A program made the translations under genes and the position numbers. Under the pieces are notes generated by a model that did not search any database, had not been told where the DNA came from, and worked only from the letters and a program-made list of their open reading frames with translations. This document shows positions 29,979 through 38,950 of a DNA stretch of 64,000 nt, piece by piece (the stretch's first letter is position 1; every line of letters begins with the position of its first letter). The stretch lies in the NCBI GenBank assembly GCA_040220235.1, contig JAVJTO010000049.1, one strand, 5' to 3'. Origin of the DNA: Coleofasciculus sp. B1-GNL1-01 (GTDB taxonomy: Bacteria; Cyanobacteriota; Cyanobacteriia; Cyanobacteriales; Coleofasciculaceae).

Positions 29979-32900
29979 ATGGATACTATGGATAAACCTA
30001 GCTTCTCATCTTCCGCCTGGTATCAAGCCGTCACCTTAATAGAACGCATGGCATCGCTGAATTCAGTTGAAAGGAATACAGAGAATAGCAAAGTTGATAC
30101 GAATTTCGCTGAGCGTAGAAGAGAGCGGTGGCAATCCCAACCTCCTTTCAACACAGACTCATACTTCGCTCAACGTCTGGCAATTGATGGCATGACTGAG
30201 GATGAATTGATTTACCTCCTCGGTGAGCCAATTGAAGCGGTAAAAAATCGTTTACCTGATGTTCCCGATTGGCTACAGAAGTTAGCAGATGGATTTGCAA
30301 ATTATAAGGAAACTAATACTAGCGTAATTCCGCCTCCAGAAGAGTTGGGAGAGCAAAAAGAAGCGGGTTTTTTGTACGCCATTGAGCCGCTAATCAACCA
30401 AGGGATTGAGCGGCTAAAAAAAGGAATTGAATCGCTGATTCAGAACCAATCGGATTTGCCCTTTGACCCCAACACAGTAGCCCGGTTGCTATTTGCCAAT
30501 CTGCCAGGGGAATTGCTGTGGAGGTTGAGTCGCACCATGGTGCTGGAATTAAATGTGGCTCGTTTACAAGGGCAACTAGAGGGCGAGACGGCTGAAGCAC
30601 GATTTTTCAGCTTCTTACAACGCTTACGCGATTGCGACATTGCCCTCTCTCTACTCCAAGAGTACCCGGTTCTGGCTCGACAAGTTGTTATCTGTATTAA
30701 TTATTGGGTTACATTTAGTCTAGAATTTATCCAACACCTCTGTGCTGATTGGGAGGCTATTTGCACCACATTTACACCAGAAGCCGATCCAGGTGTATTA
30801 GTACAACTCGATACAGGTGCGGGAGACAAACATCGAGGCGGGCGTTCGGTAATAATTGCCACGTTTAGTTCGGGCTTTCAGATAGTCTATAAGCCTAAAT
30901 CTCTAGCAATAGACGTGCATTTTCAGCAACTCCTCACTTGGCTGAATGAACGGGGCAATCACCCCCCATTTCGTACCCTCAAGGTGATTAATCGCCATAC
31001 CTACGGCTGGGTGGAATTTGTTCATACCCAACCTTGTAATTCCCCAGACGCCGTTCAGCGTTTTTACCAACGGCAAGGGGGTTACTTGGCATTACTCTAT
31101 GCTGTAGGCGCAACCGATTTCCACAAAGAAAATTTAATCGCCGTCGGTGAAGATCCAGTTCTAATTGATTTAGAATCCCTGTTTCATCCGGAAAGTGAGG
31201 AATTTGATTCTCAAAAATCCCTGTTTGTTGCTAGTAAAAAGATAGTTGACTCCGTTTTACGGGTAGGATTACTCCCGCAGCGAATATGGGCAAATCGGGA
31301 ATCTGAGGGGGTGGATCTGAGTGGTTTAGGGGGTGCTGCAGGGCAAATGACGCCAAATCCTGTACCGTCTTGGGTGGGAATGGGTACCGATGAGATGCGG
31401 TTGACGAAAGAGCGGAAGGCGATGCCAGGAAGTCAGAATCGCCCTAGGCTTAATGATACTGAGGTGAATGTTCTTGACTACACCGACGCGATCGCAACTG
31501 GGTTTACAAACGTTTATCAGTTACTCCTGAATCACCGAGACGAGTTGTTATCAGACAATGGCATATTAGCCCAGTTTGCAGAGGATGAAGTGCGGGTGAT
31601 CTTGCGCCCCACCCAAACTTATGGGTTACTATTACAGGATAGTTTTCATCCCGACTTGTTACGAAATGCCTTGGATCGCGATCGCTTTTTTGATCGCCTC
31701 TGGCAGGAAGTTCCCCGTCGCCCGCATCTGACAAAAGTCATTCTGGCTGAACGGGATGATTTGTGGCAGGGTGATATTCCTATGTTTACCACGCGCCCCA
31801 ATTCCCGCCATCTGTGGAATAGTGCTAACCAGCAAATTGCTGATTTTTTCACCGAATCGGGAATGACACGGGTACAACGCCGCCTTCAGCAACTGAGTGA
31901 AGCGGATTTAACTCGCCAACTGTGGTTTATTCAGGCTTCCCTGACAACCTTATCCGTGGATGGGGATAAGGCAGGATGGACAAGGTATCATCTTAAGGAA
32001 ACCCAGACTCCTGTCACTCGCGAACAACTTTTGGCGGCGGCTTGTCGAATAGGCGATCGCATCGAAACCTTAGCCTTGCGGGGGGAGGAAGATGTTACCT
32101 GGCTAGGGTTAACCTTAATTAAGGCACGCCATTGGACATTATTACCCTTGGGAATGGATCTCTATGATGGCATACCCGGAATCGCTCTATTCTTAGCGTA
32201 TCTGGGCGCGATCGCAAAAGAGGAACGCTACACTCAATTGGCACGAGTTGCCTTAAGTTCCATTCAACATCTGGTAGGGGAAAGTCCTTCTTCGATTCCT
32301 TCTATTGGGGGGTTCAGTGGCTGGGGCGGAATTATCTACAGTTTCACTCATTTAAGTGTACTGTGGCAGCAACCGGAACTTTTGGCTGAGGCTGAAGGAT
32401 TACTCGATCATCTCACAGAACGTATTGAAGGGGACGAACAATTCGATATAATTGGCGGTGCGGCTGGGTGCATTGGCAGTTTGCTGAGTTTGTATCACTG
32501 TAATCCTTCTCAACGCATACTGGATACAGCTATTCAATGTGGCGATCATCTGCTGGCTTGCGCCCAAAAGATGGCGGTGGGGATTGGTTGGATGCCCGTG
32601 GGTGTGGGCAAAAAGCCCCTGACAGGATTCTCCCACGGTGCAGCGGGGATAGCCTGGGCATTGCTGGAACTTGCTGCTGTCACAGGGGAGGAACGATTTC
32701 AGGAAGCAGCACTCTATGCGATCGCTTATGAACGCAGTCTCTTTTCCCCAGATGTCGGAAATTGGCCCGATTTACGCGAATTTGAGACGACGGTGCGTTC
32801 TGGAAACCCAGGACAAGTCAACTATATGACAGCTTGGTGTCACGGTGCTATGGGAATTGGATTAGCTCGATTACTTTCTATGCCTCATCTCCATGATACC

Positions 32901-33248
32901 GAAACTCGTACAGAAATCGACACCGCCCTCAAAACGACTCTTGCTCAAGGATTCGGGATGAATCATTCCTTATGTCATGGCGACTTGGGTAATTTAGAAT
33001 TACTCCTGCAAGCCAGTCTTACCCTCAATGATTCCCAGTGGCAAGAGCATTTAAATCGTTTGAGCGCTATGATTCTCCAGAGTATCGATGAATATGGCTG
33101 GCTGTGTGGAGTCCCTTTAAGCGTTGAAACACCAGGATTAATGACAGGATTAGCCGGGATTGGTTATCAACTGTTGCGATTAGCCCAACCTGATTATATC
33201 CCCTCAGTGCTGGTGCTTGAATCTCCTACTTTTAACCATAACCGTTAG
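29979..33248 (+). CDS. lanM: Class II lanthipeptide synthetase LanM
   Basis: Dehydratase YKPK, DFHKENL, IDLESLF, RPTQTY; LanC-like cyclase GFSHGAAG, WCHG, CHG. Confidence 0.96.
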   Translation: MDTMDKPSFSSSAWYQAVTLIERMASLNSVERNTENSKVDTNFAERRRERWQSQPPFNTDSYFAQRLAIDGMTEDELIYLLGEPIEAVKNRLPDVPDWLQKLADGFANYKETNTSVIPPPEELGEQKEAGFLYAIEPLINQGIERLKKGIESLIQNQSDLPFDPNTVARLLFANLPGELLWRLSRTMVLELNVARLQGQLEGETAEARFFSFLQRLRDCDIALSLLQEYPVLARQVVICINYWVTFSLEFIQHLCADWEAICTTFTPEADPGVLVQLDTGAGDKHRGGRSVIIATFSSGFQIVYKPKSLAIDVHFQQLLTWLNERGNHPPFRTLKVINRHTYGWVEFVHTQPCNSPDAVQRFYQRQGGYLALLYAVGATDFHKENLIAVGEDPVLIDLESLFHPESEEFDSQKSLFVASKKIVDSVLRVGLLPQRIWANRESEGVDLSGLGGAAGQMTPNPVPSWVGMGTDEMRLTKERKAMPGSQNRPRLNDTEVNVLDYTDAIATGFTNVYQLLLNHRDELLSDNGILAQFAEDEVRVILRPTQTYGLLLQDSFHPDLLRNALDRDRFFDRLWQEVPRRPHLTKVILAERDDLWQGDIPMFTTRPNSRHLWNSANQQIADFFTESGMTRVQRRLQQLSEADLTRQLWFIQASLTTLSVDGDKAGWTRYHLKETQTPVTREQLLAAACRIGDRIETLALRGEEDVTWLGLTLIKARHWTLLPLGMDLYDGIPGIALFLAYLGAIAKEERYTQLARVALSSIQHLVGESPSSIPSIGGFSGWGGIIYSFTHLSVLWQQPELLAEAEGLLDHLTERIEGDEQFDIIGGAAGCIGSLLSLYHCNPSQRILDTAIQCGDHLLACAQKMAVGIGWMPVGVGKKPLTGFSHGAAGIAWALLELAAVTGEERFQEAALYAIAYERSLFSPDVGNWPDLREFETTVRSGNPGQVNYMTAWCHGAMGIGLARLLSMPHLHDTETRTEIDTALKTTLAQGFGMNHSLCHGDLGNLELLLQASLTLNDSQWQEHLNRLSAMILQSIDEYGWLCGVPLSVETPGLMTGLAGIGYQLLRLAQPDYIPSVLVLESPTFNHNR

Positions 33249-33432
33249 AATGCCAGCAATGTATTCGGCTTGTAGTAAGGGCTTTAGCCCTATATCCTGT
33301 TGAGTCGTCAACCCAACCTACAATGCTATTCTGGCGGATGGTTTGGGTCATTTCGGCAAGGTATTATCAAAAGTATTTTCCAGCGTTGGAAAGCTTATTT
33401 GGATCTTCTCAATAGCTTGTGATTTTGTTGAG

Positions 33433-33490
33433 TTAGGGTTTATTGCCTAACCCTAAATGAAATCCCCAACTTATACCAAAAGTTGGGGAT
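33433..33490 (-). terminator. Twin hairpins downstream of the YVGG peptide gene
   Basis: TTAGGGTT..AACCCTAA and ATCCCCAACTT..AAGTTGGGGAT inverted repeats. Confidence 0.55.
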
Positions 33491-33515
33491 CTATATCGAA
33501 ATCTAGAGTATAAAT

Positions 33516-33743
33516 TTAGTTAACACCACCTACAAAGTGTTGCAATATGCCAACTGTAGCTCCACCTACATACGCCTGCACACCACCGACATACGCCTTA
33601 GCCACACCACCGACATACGCCATAACACTACTTTGGAGGTTCGCACTACCTACGTAAGTCCCACCAATTATCTGCTCCTGCTCTTTTGCTTCTAGTTCCT
33701 GCCACAATTTATCTTCTTGAGAATGTTTCACATTCATCTTCAT
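33516..33743 (-). CDS. Double-glycine-leader RiPP precursor with repeated xYVGG motifs
   Basis: RBS AAGGA; leader LWQELEAKEQEQIIGG; core TYVGS..AYVGG..AYVGG..AYVGG.TVG..HFVGG. Confidence 0.8.
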   Translation of the reverse strand: MKMNVKHSQEDKLWQELEAKEQEQIIGGTYVGSANLQSSVMAYVGGVAKAYVGGVQAYVGGATVGILQHFVGGVN

Positions 33744-33897
33744 TCTTCTTTTTTCCTTATTTTTCGATTGATATTAATAAGCTTATAGAGATTATAACAA
33801 AGATAAGCTTAAATAGTCTAGATCTAATGCTAATATCGCTCATTCTGGCACAGTGACCAAATATGAGAGTTTTACGACTTTTCCAAAATGTTTGCCC

Positions 33898-34905
33898 TCA
33901 TGCCTCGGCGTGAGAGGCGATTGCTTCATACCAGTCAGTGATGGGTATCTCAGTCGGTGCCGTTAGCTCATCAAATACCCGACGGCAAAGTTCTAAAAAG
34001 GAAGGGTAGCATTCCCGACGCCAATTAGCCGCCAGTTGCCTGAGAGACGCTTGTCGCAAATTTCCCAGAGCATATTGGCGAGCAAATCCATGTTGAATTG
34101 GCACAACTGTACCATCAGCCTCAATAATCAGTGGCGATAAAATATCAGCAAATAAGCCCTCCGTATTCTCAAGTAAAGACGTATCTGCAAACACCATACC
34201 AGGATATGCCCGCAACACATCTCGGTGGGCAAGATCAACTTGCACATACAAACGATCCCCAAAGGCTTTTTGCAGGCGCATCCCTTGCAGATAGGCATAG
34301 GCGGATTGGTTCTCGTTTGCTCTTACTCCCGCTAAACGCTCCTTGGCACGTCCAACTTCTTCAAGGGGATGAATCTGCAATAATTTCGCTCCTTGTTCAA
34401 TGGCGAAATTGGCTACCCAGTCTAAGTCCTGAAGATTGTACCGTGTTAGAGTAAAAATAAATCCGAAAGGAATGCCCGATTGTCGAAGCCCTTCAAGTCT
34501 TGATGCCATTATCTCAAAAGCTTGATCTAAAGAGCGCATTCGGTTATGGAATGCCGGTACACCGTCAAGACTAATTGCGAGTAAATCCACCCGGTTACGT
34601 AACTTTTCCAGGTGTTTCTCATCTAAGAGCATCCCATTGGAGGTAACGGTTGTCACCATACCACATTGATGAGCCTTTTCCAGCAGCTTGTCGAGTGGTT
34701 TATAAACAAGGGGTTCTCCACCTGAAATGTTAGCAACTGTATAGCCTTCCGCACTAGCGTCAGCTATTGCCTGTTGGAGAAGTACCTCATCCAGTTCCTC
34801 CTGTTCTTGAGGGCTAGAAGAGGAGTAGCAATGAAGACATTGTAGATTACATCTTCGAGTTGGGTGGATGTGTAGAATTTTCCGACACTCTCCAGTTGAT
34901 GCCAT
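33898..34905 (-). CDS. Radical SAM enzyme, putative RiPP maturase with Cys-less twitch-like tail
   Basis: CNLQCLHC, SGGEPL, TSNG, ISLDG; C-terminal LIIEADGTVVPI..LGNL lacks the usual auxiliary-cluster Cys. Confidence 0.9.
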   Translation of the reverse strand: MASTGECRKILHIHPTRRCNLQCLHCYSSSSPQEQEELDEVLLQQAIADASAEGYTVANISGGEPLVYKPLDKLLEKAHQCGMVTTVTSNGMLLDEKHLEKLRNRVDLLAISLDGVPAFHNRMRSLDQAFEIMASRLEGLRQSGIPFGFIFTLTRYNLQDLDWVANFAIEQGAKLLQIHPLEEVGRAKERLAGVRANENQSAYAYLQGMRLQKAFGDRLYVQVDLAHRDVLRAYPGMVFADTSLLENTEGLFADILSPLIIEADGTVVPIQHGFARQYALGNLRQASLRQLAANWRRECYPSFLELCRRVFDELTAPTEIPITDWYEAIASHAEA

Positions 34906-35065
34906 AAAATCATGCTACTCCAAGCACTACAAACTTCCTAAAATGTTTAGGGAGCGCACTCCCCATAACGCTGTCATTTTCATGATTTCAGTCTTCAGGT
35001 GGGTGTGGGTGATGCTCACCTGACCTAAAAATGTGACGTTGTTTTTGGGACGACTTTTTAACGGC

Positions 35066-35311
35066 TCAAAAACGATGTATATTTTGCATTAAAAAGGGAG
35101 GAATAGGTATTCCAATTGGAAATAATGTGAAGGGCTTACTTAGAAAGAGACCCGTTATACTTGGTTGAGGCTGAGGCTCACCCAGACCTGTTATATTCGG
35201 TTGAGGCTGAGGCTCACCTAAGAAAGTAGAAACTTGTGTTCCCCCTTTCAACTCTTCTAGTTCTTCAGGGGTAAGTTCGACAAACAATTCTTTATCTTTA
35301 AATTCTTCCAT
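35066..35311 (-). CDS. Double-glycine-leader Pro-rich RiPP precursor
   Basis: RBS AAGGGG; leader LFVELTPEELEELKGG; core with LGEPQPQPxITG x2 (33-bp repeat) and FPIGIPIPP. Confidence 0.8.
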   Translation of the reverse strand: MEEFKDKELFVELTPEELEELKGGTQVSTFLGEPQPQPNITGLGEPQPQPSITGLFLSKPFTLFPIGIPIPPFLMQNIHRF

Positions 35312-35685
35312 TTTCCCTTAACCTAGAACAAGCAAATTGACATATCCGATACATTACCACTAGAATCTTAAAACGTCAAATGGCGCGTAGTACGCCATGA
35401 CTGTATAGAAATATCGTTCGTCTAAATTGGTCGTGAAATAGCTATCCTTGCTTAAGCAAGCTTTGACGCCTCATCTAGATTCCACCAGACTTATGCTCCC
35501 CATTCGGCACTTCAACTTGAAGCTTGTTTTTTCGGACAATGAAATCGGGGTAAACACAAGTATTTATACCTAGTTCAATTCTTCAAAAATTCAAAAGAAC
35601 ATTTATCGGGTTAGGATTGTTGTGGAAAATAAGGCTTGCTCGGCAAGAGTCAATAACGATACAATAAGGTTTTGCCTTCTTAGCG

Positions 35686-37839
35686 GTGACCAAATATCAG
35701 AGTGTTCTCCAACACAGCGAAGAAGACTGCGGTGCAGCTTGTCTGGCTACAATTACCAAACACCACGGGCGTACCTTTACCATTAGTCGTATCCGAGAAG
35801 CCGTTGGCACCGGACAACAGGGAACCACTTTATTAGGACTTAAACGAGGCGCGGAAGCCCTAGGTTTTAATGCTCGTTCCGTTAAAGCCACCCCGGAAAT
35901 CCTCGACAAACTAGATCAAGCCCCCTTACCCGCCGTCATTCACTGGATGGGCTATCACTGGGTTGTATTATATGGGCAACGAGGCAGAAAATACATCATC
36001 GCTGATCCCGCCGTCGGTATCCGTTATCTGTCCAAATCCGAACTCGCCCAAGGTTGGATAAATGGCGTAATGCTCTTACTTCAACCTGATTCTAGTCGCT
36101 TTTTTGCCCAACCCGATGATAGTGATAAACCCAGTGGCTTTATCCGCTTTCTCAAGCGCGTCTTACCCTATCAAGGCATTCTCGGCGAAGCCTTATTAAT
36201 TAACCTGGTTCTTGGTTTACTTTCCCTAGCTTACCCCTTCTTCATTCAAATTCTCACCGATGAGGTGTTGGTACAGGGGGATACCCAGTTGCTAACGGGT
36301 GTAGTCGTTGCGGTGATGGTGATGAACCTGGTGCAAAGCAGCCTACAACTCGTACAATCGAATCTAATTGCCCACTTTGCCCAACGCTTAGAATTGGGAC
36401 TTGTCCTGGAATTCGGACGGCAAATCCTGCGCCTTCCCTTAAGTTACTACGAATCCCGTCGCAGTGGCGAAATCGTCAGCCGTCTCCGTGATATCCGCGA
36501 AATTAACCAACTCGTCTCCCAAGCGATTATCAGCCTCCCCAGTCAGTTTTTTATTGCCCTAGTTTCCTTGGGTTTCATGCTGTTCTATAGCTGGAAACTC
36601 ACGATTGCGGCGGCGGTAATTGCTGTGTTAATGACCCTTTCCACCATCATTTTCCTCCCTACTCTGCAACAGAAAACTCGCCGACTTTTAGTCACCGATG
36701 CCGAAAATCAAGGGGTTTTAGTCGAAACCTTTAAAGGCGCACTCACCCTAAAAACTACCAACGCCGCCCCCCAAGCCTGGGAGGAATTTCAAAGTCGTTT
36801 TGGTCGCCTTGCGAATGTCACCTTCCGCACCATTCAAATTGCCATTTATAATAATGTATTCTCTGGATTAGTCTCCAGCATCGGTAGTATTGCCTTACTC
36901 TGGTTTGGGAGTCGCCTAGTTATTGGAAATGACTTAACCATCGGTCAATTGCTGGCATTTAACAGCATGAATGGTAACTTTACCACCTTTATCAAAACCA
37001 CAATTACCTTTGTGGATGAATTCACCCGTGCCAAAACCGCGACAGAACGATTAACCGAAGTCATCGACGCCACTCCAGAAACCCCAGATGACAGCAAAAA
37101 ACCCTTTGCCAAAATTCCCGACGCGGCGGATATTATCTGCACCAATCTTAACTTTCATCATACCGGACGAGTGAACCTGCTCACCGATTTTTCCCTTACC
37201 ATTCCCGGTGAAAAAGTCACCGCCTTAATTGGCAAATCCGGCTGTGGTAAAAGCACCTTAGCCAAACTCATCGCCAGTCTCTATTCCCTGCAATCGGGTA
37301 ATATTCGCATTGGCATTTATAATCTCCAGGATCTCTCTCTAGACTGTTTACGACAACAAGTTATTTTAGTTCCCCAAGAACCCCATTTTTGGAGTCGTTC
37401 CATTTTAGAAAACTTCCTCTTCAGCTATCCCAACGCCACGTTTGAGCAAATTGTCACCGCCTGTCAAATTGCCAATGCAGATGAATTTATTACGCAACTT
37501 CCCGATAAATATCAAACAGTTTTAGGTGAATTCGGTGCCAATCTTTCTGGGGGACAACGACAGCGATTAGCCATTGCTAGAGCAATTGTTACTGATCCGC
37601 CCATACTCATATTAGACGAATCAACAGGCGCTCTTGACCCCGTAGGTGAAGCCGAAGTTCTAGACAAATTACTGTTTCATCGCCAAGGCAAAACTACAAT
37701 AATGATTAGCCACCGCCCTCGCGTAATCAACCGCGCCGATTGGATTGTCCTCCTGGAAAATGGACAACTCAAACTAACGGGAACTCCCGATGAATTACGC
37801 TGCTTGGAAGGAACTCATCTAGACTTCCTAAACCCTTAA
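35686..37839 (+). CDS. Peptidase-containing ABC transporter (C39 + TMD + NBD)
   Basis: QHSEEDCGAAC (catalytic Cys), HWVV and IADP; GKSGCGKST, LSGGQRQR, ILDES. Confidence 0.95.
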   Translation: MTKYQSVLQHSEEDCGAACLATITKHHGRTFTISRIREAVGTGQQGTTLLGLKRGAEALGFNARSVKATPEILDKLDQAPLPAVIHWMGYHWVVLYGQRGRKYIIADPAVGIRYLSKSELAQGWINGVMLLLQPDSSRFFAQPDDSDKPSGFIRFLKRVLPYQGILGEALLINLVLGLLSLAYPFFIQILTDEVLVQGDTQLLTGVVVAVMVMNLVQSSLQLVQSNLIAHFAQRLELGLVLEFGRQILRLPLSYYESRRSGEIVSRLRDIREINQLVSQAIISLPSQFFIALVSLGFMLFYSWKLTIAAAVIAVLMTLSTIIFLPTLQQKTRRLLVTDAENQGVLVETFKGALTLKTTNAAPQAWEEFQSRFGRLANVTFRTIQIAIYNNVFSGLVSSIGSIALLWFGSRLVIGNDLTIGQLLAFNSMNGNFTTFIKTTITFVDEFTRAKTATERLTEVIDATPETPDDSKKPFAKIPDAADIICTNLNFHHTGRVNLLTDFSLTIPGEKVTALIGKSGCGKSTLAKLIASLYSLQSGNIRIGIYNLQDLSLDCLRQQVILVPQEPHFWSRSILENFLFSYPNATFEQIVTACQIANADEFITQLPDKYQTVLGEFGANLSGGQRQRLAIARAIVTDPPILILDESTGALDPVGEAEVLDKLLFHRQGKTTIMISHRPRVINRADWIVLLENGQLKLTGTPDELRCLEGTHLDFLNP

Positions 37840-38196
37840 CCCTCAACTAAAGTTGGGGCTAAAAGCTAAAACCCGTTGAAACGGGTTCAAAGAGTTAATT
37901 CATTTCTTTCCAGGCTATGGGAGTCAGCGCCATTTAGCTTAAGTTCGTAGTTGCGCTTGTAGTTGCGCTTTAGCGCCGGTCACAAACTGACGTGGCACAA
38001 GTAAAATGGAGAAACAATAAATAATATTAACTTACCCTGCATCCAGTATCAATAAATATCTGACACCGCATACCTTTAAACAAGAGCGAGTCCAAACAAG
38101 TTAACCCTAAACCGCCGACGATAAACAGCGACTCGCCCCTACAACCTAACCGCGATAAACCCCACAATCTCAATTGAATCAATACCCATCCCAATC

Positions 38197-38330
38197 TAGT
38201 GGCGTGGCACACCTAATTTGGTTGATTAGATTCGGTTTGTAGTAGGGGATGCGAGCCCTAGATTCCGCCCTAGTAACATGCGTCAACCTAACCTACAACC
38301 TATTCCACAATTTTAGCTTGGCACACCTTA
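38197..38330. mobile_element. MITE-like element with ~33-bp imperfect terminal inverted repeats
   Basis: Left end TAGTGGCGTGGCACACCTAA..., right end CTATTCCACAATTTTAGC..GCAC; same ends recur at 40.2-40.4 kb. Confidence 0.6.
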
Positions 38331-38950
38331 TTTAATGAATTAGAATTACGCCCGGAAACTGTAGGGGCGCATGGCGTGCGCCCGATTCAATGGTAAAATC
38401 TATTCCACCTAGGTTGGGTTGGCAACTGTTACCAAACAGAATCTAGGGCTAAAGCCCTTACTACAAACTAAAGCGAATTTGGTATAACTTCCCCATAGCC
38501 GCGATCGCGTATACTACATTAACCTAATAATGTCAAAAAAAAATTCTATTTTTTACAAAAATACATGCATCCAAGCTCTACAGTTTTTTGCGCCTATATG
38601 TGCCAAATTAGCGCATAAATCTCGCTAAATCAGGCATTTCAGCGACTGATGAACCGGATTTATCTAAAACTAGACACACTAAGCCACAATTTTCAATTCT
38701 ACCAAATCGCTGAACCAACGCAAACTCGTCGCTAATTGAGAATAATTCTCACACTTTTTTTCCCCGTAACGTTCTGTAAATCAACAAATTTCTAATCTAA
38801 ACCCATGAAAACGAAAACGTTTAATTATCACCCACAGACTCGACTCTGAACGAATCCCCGATCTGTGATAATGGATCACGAGATCCCCCAGTTATCGAGG
38901 AAAAAGTCCACAAGAGAAAAACTGTATCCCAGACTACGAAACATCATCTG

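Noticed and set aside
33516..34905. Spliceotide (PlpXY-type) system
   Set aside because: Spliceases need an XYG motif, a SPASM domain and an RRE partner; here the motif is YVG and neither SPASM Cys nor an RRE gene is seen.
33898..34905. Heme biosynthesis NirJ/AhbC annotation
   Set aside because: Only generic rSAM motifs are shared; auxiliary-cluster Cys and heme-pathway neighbours are absent, while peptide genes flank it. Not formally excluded.
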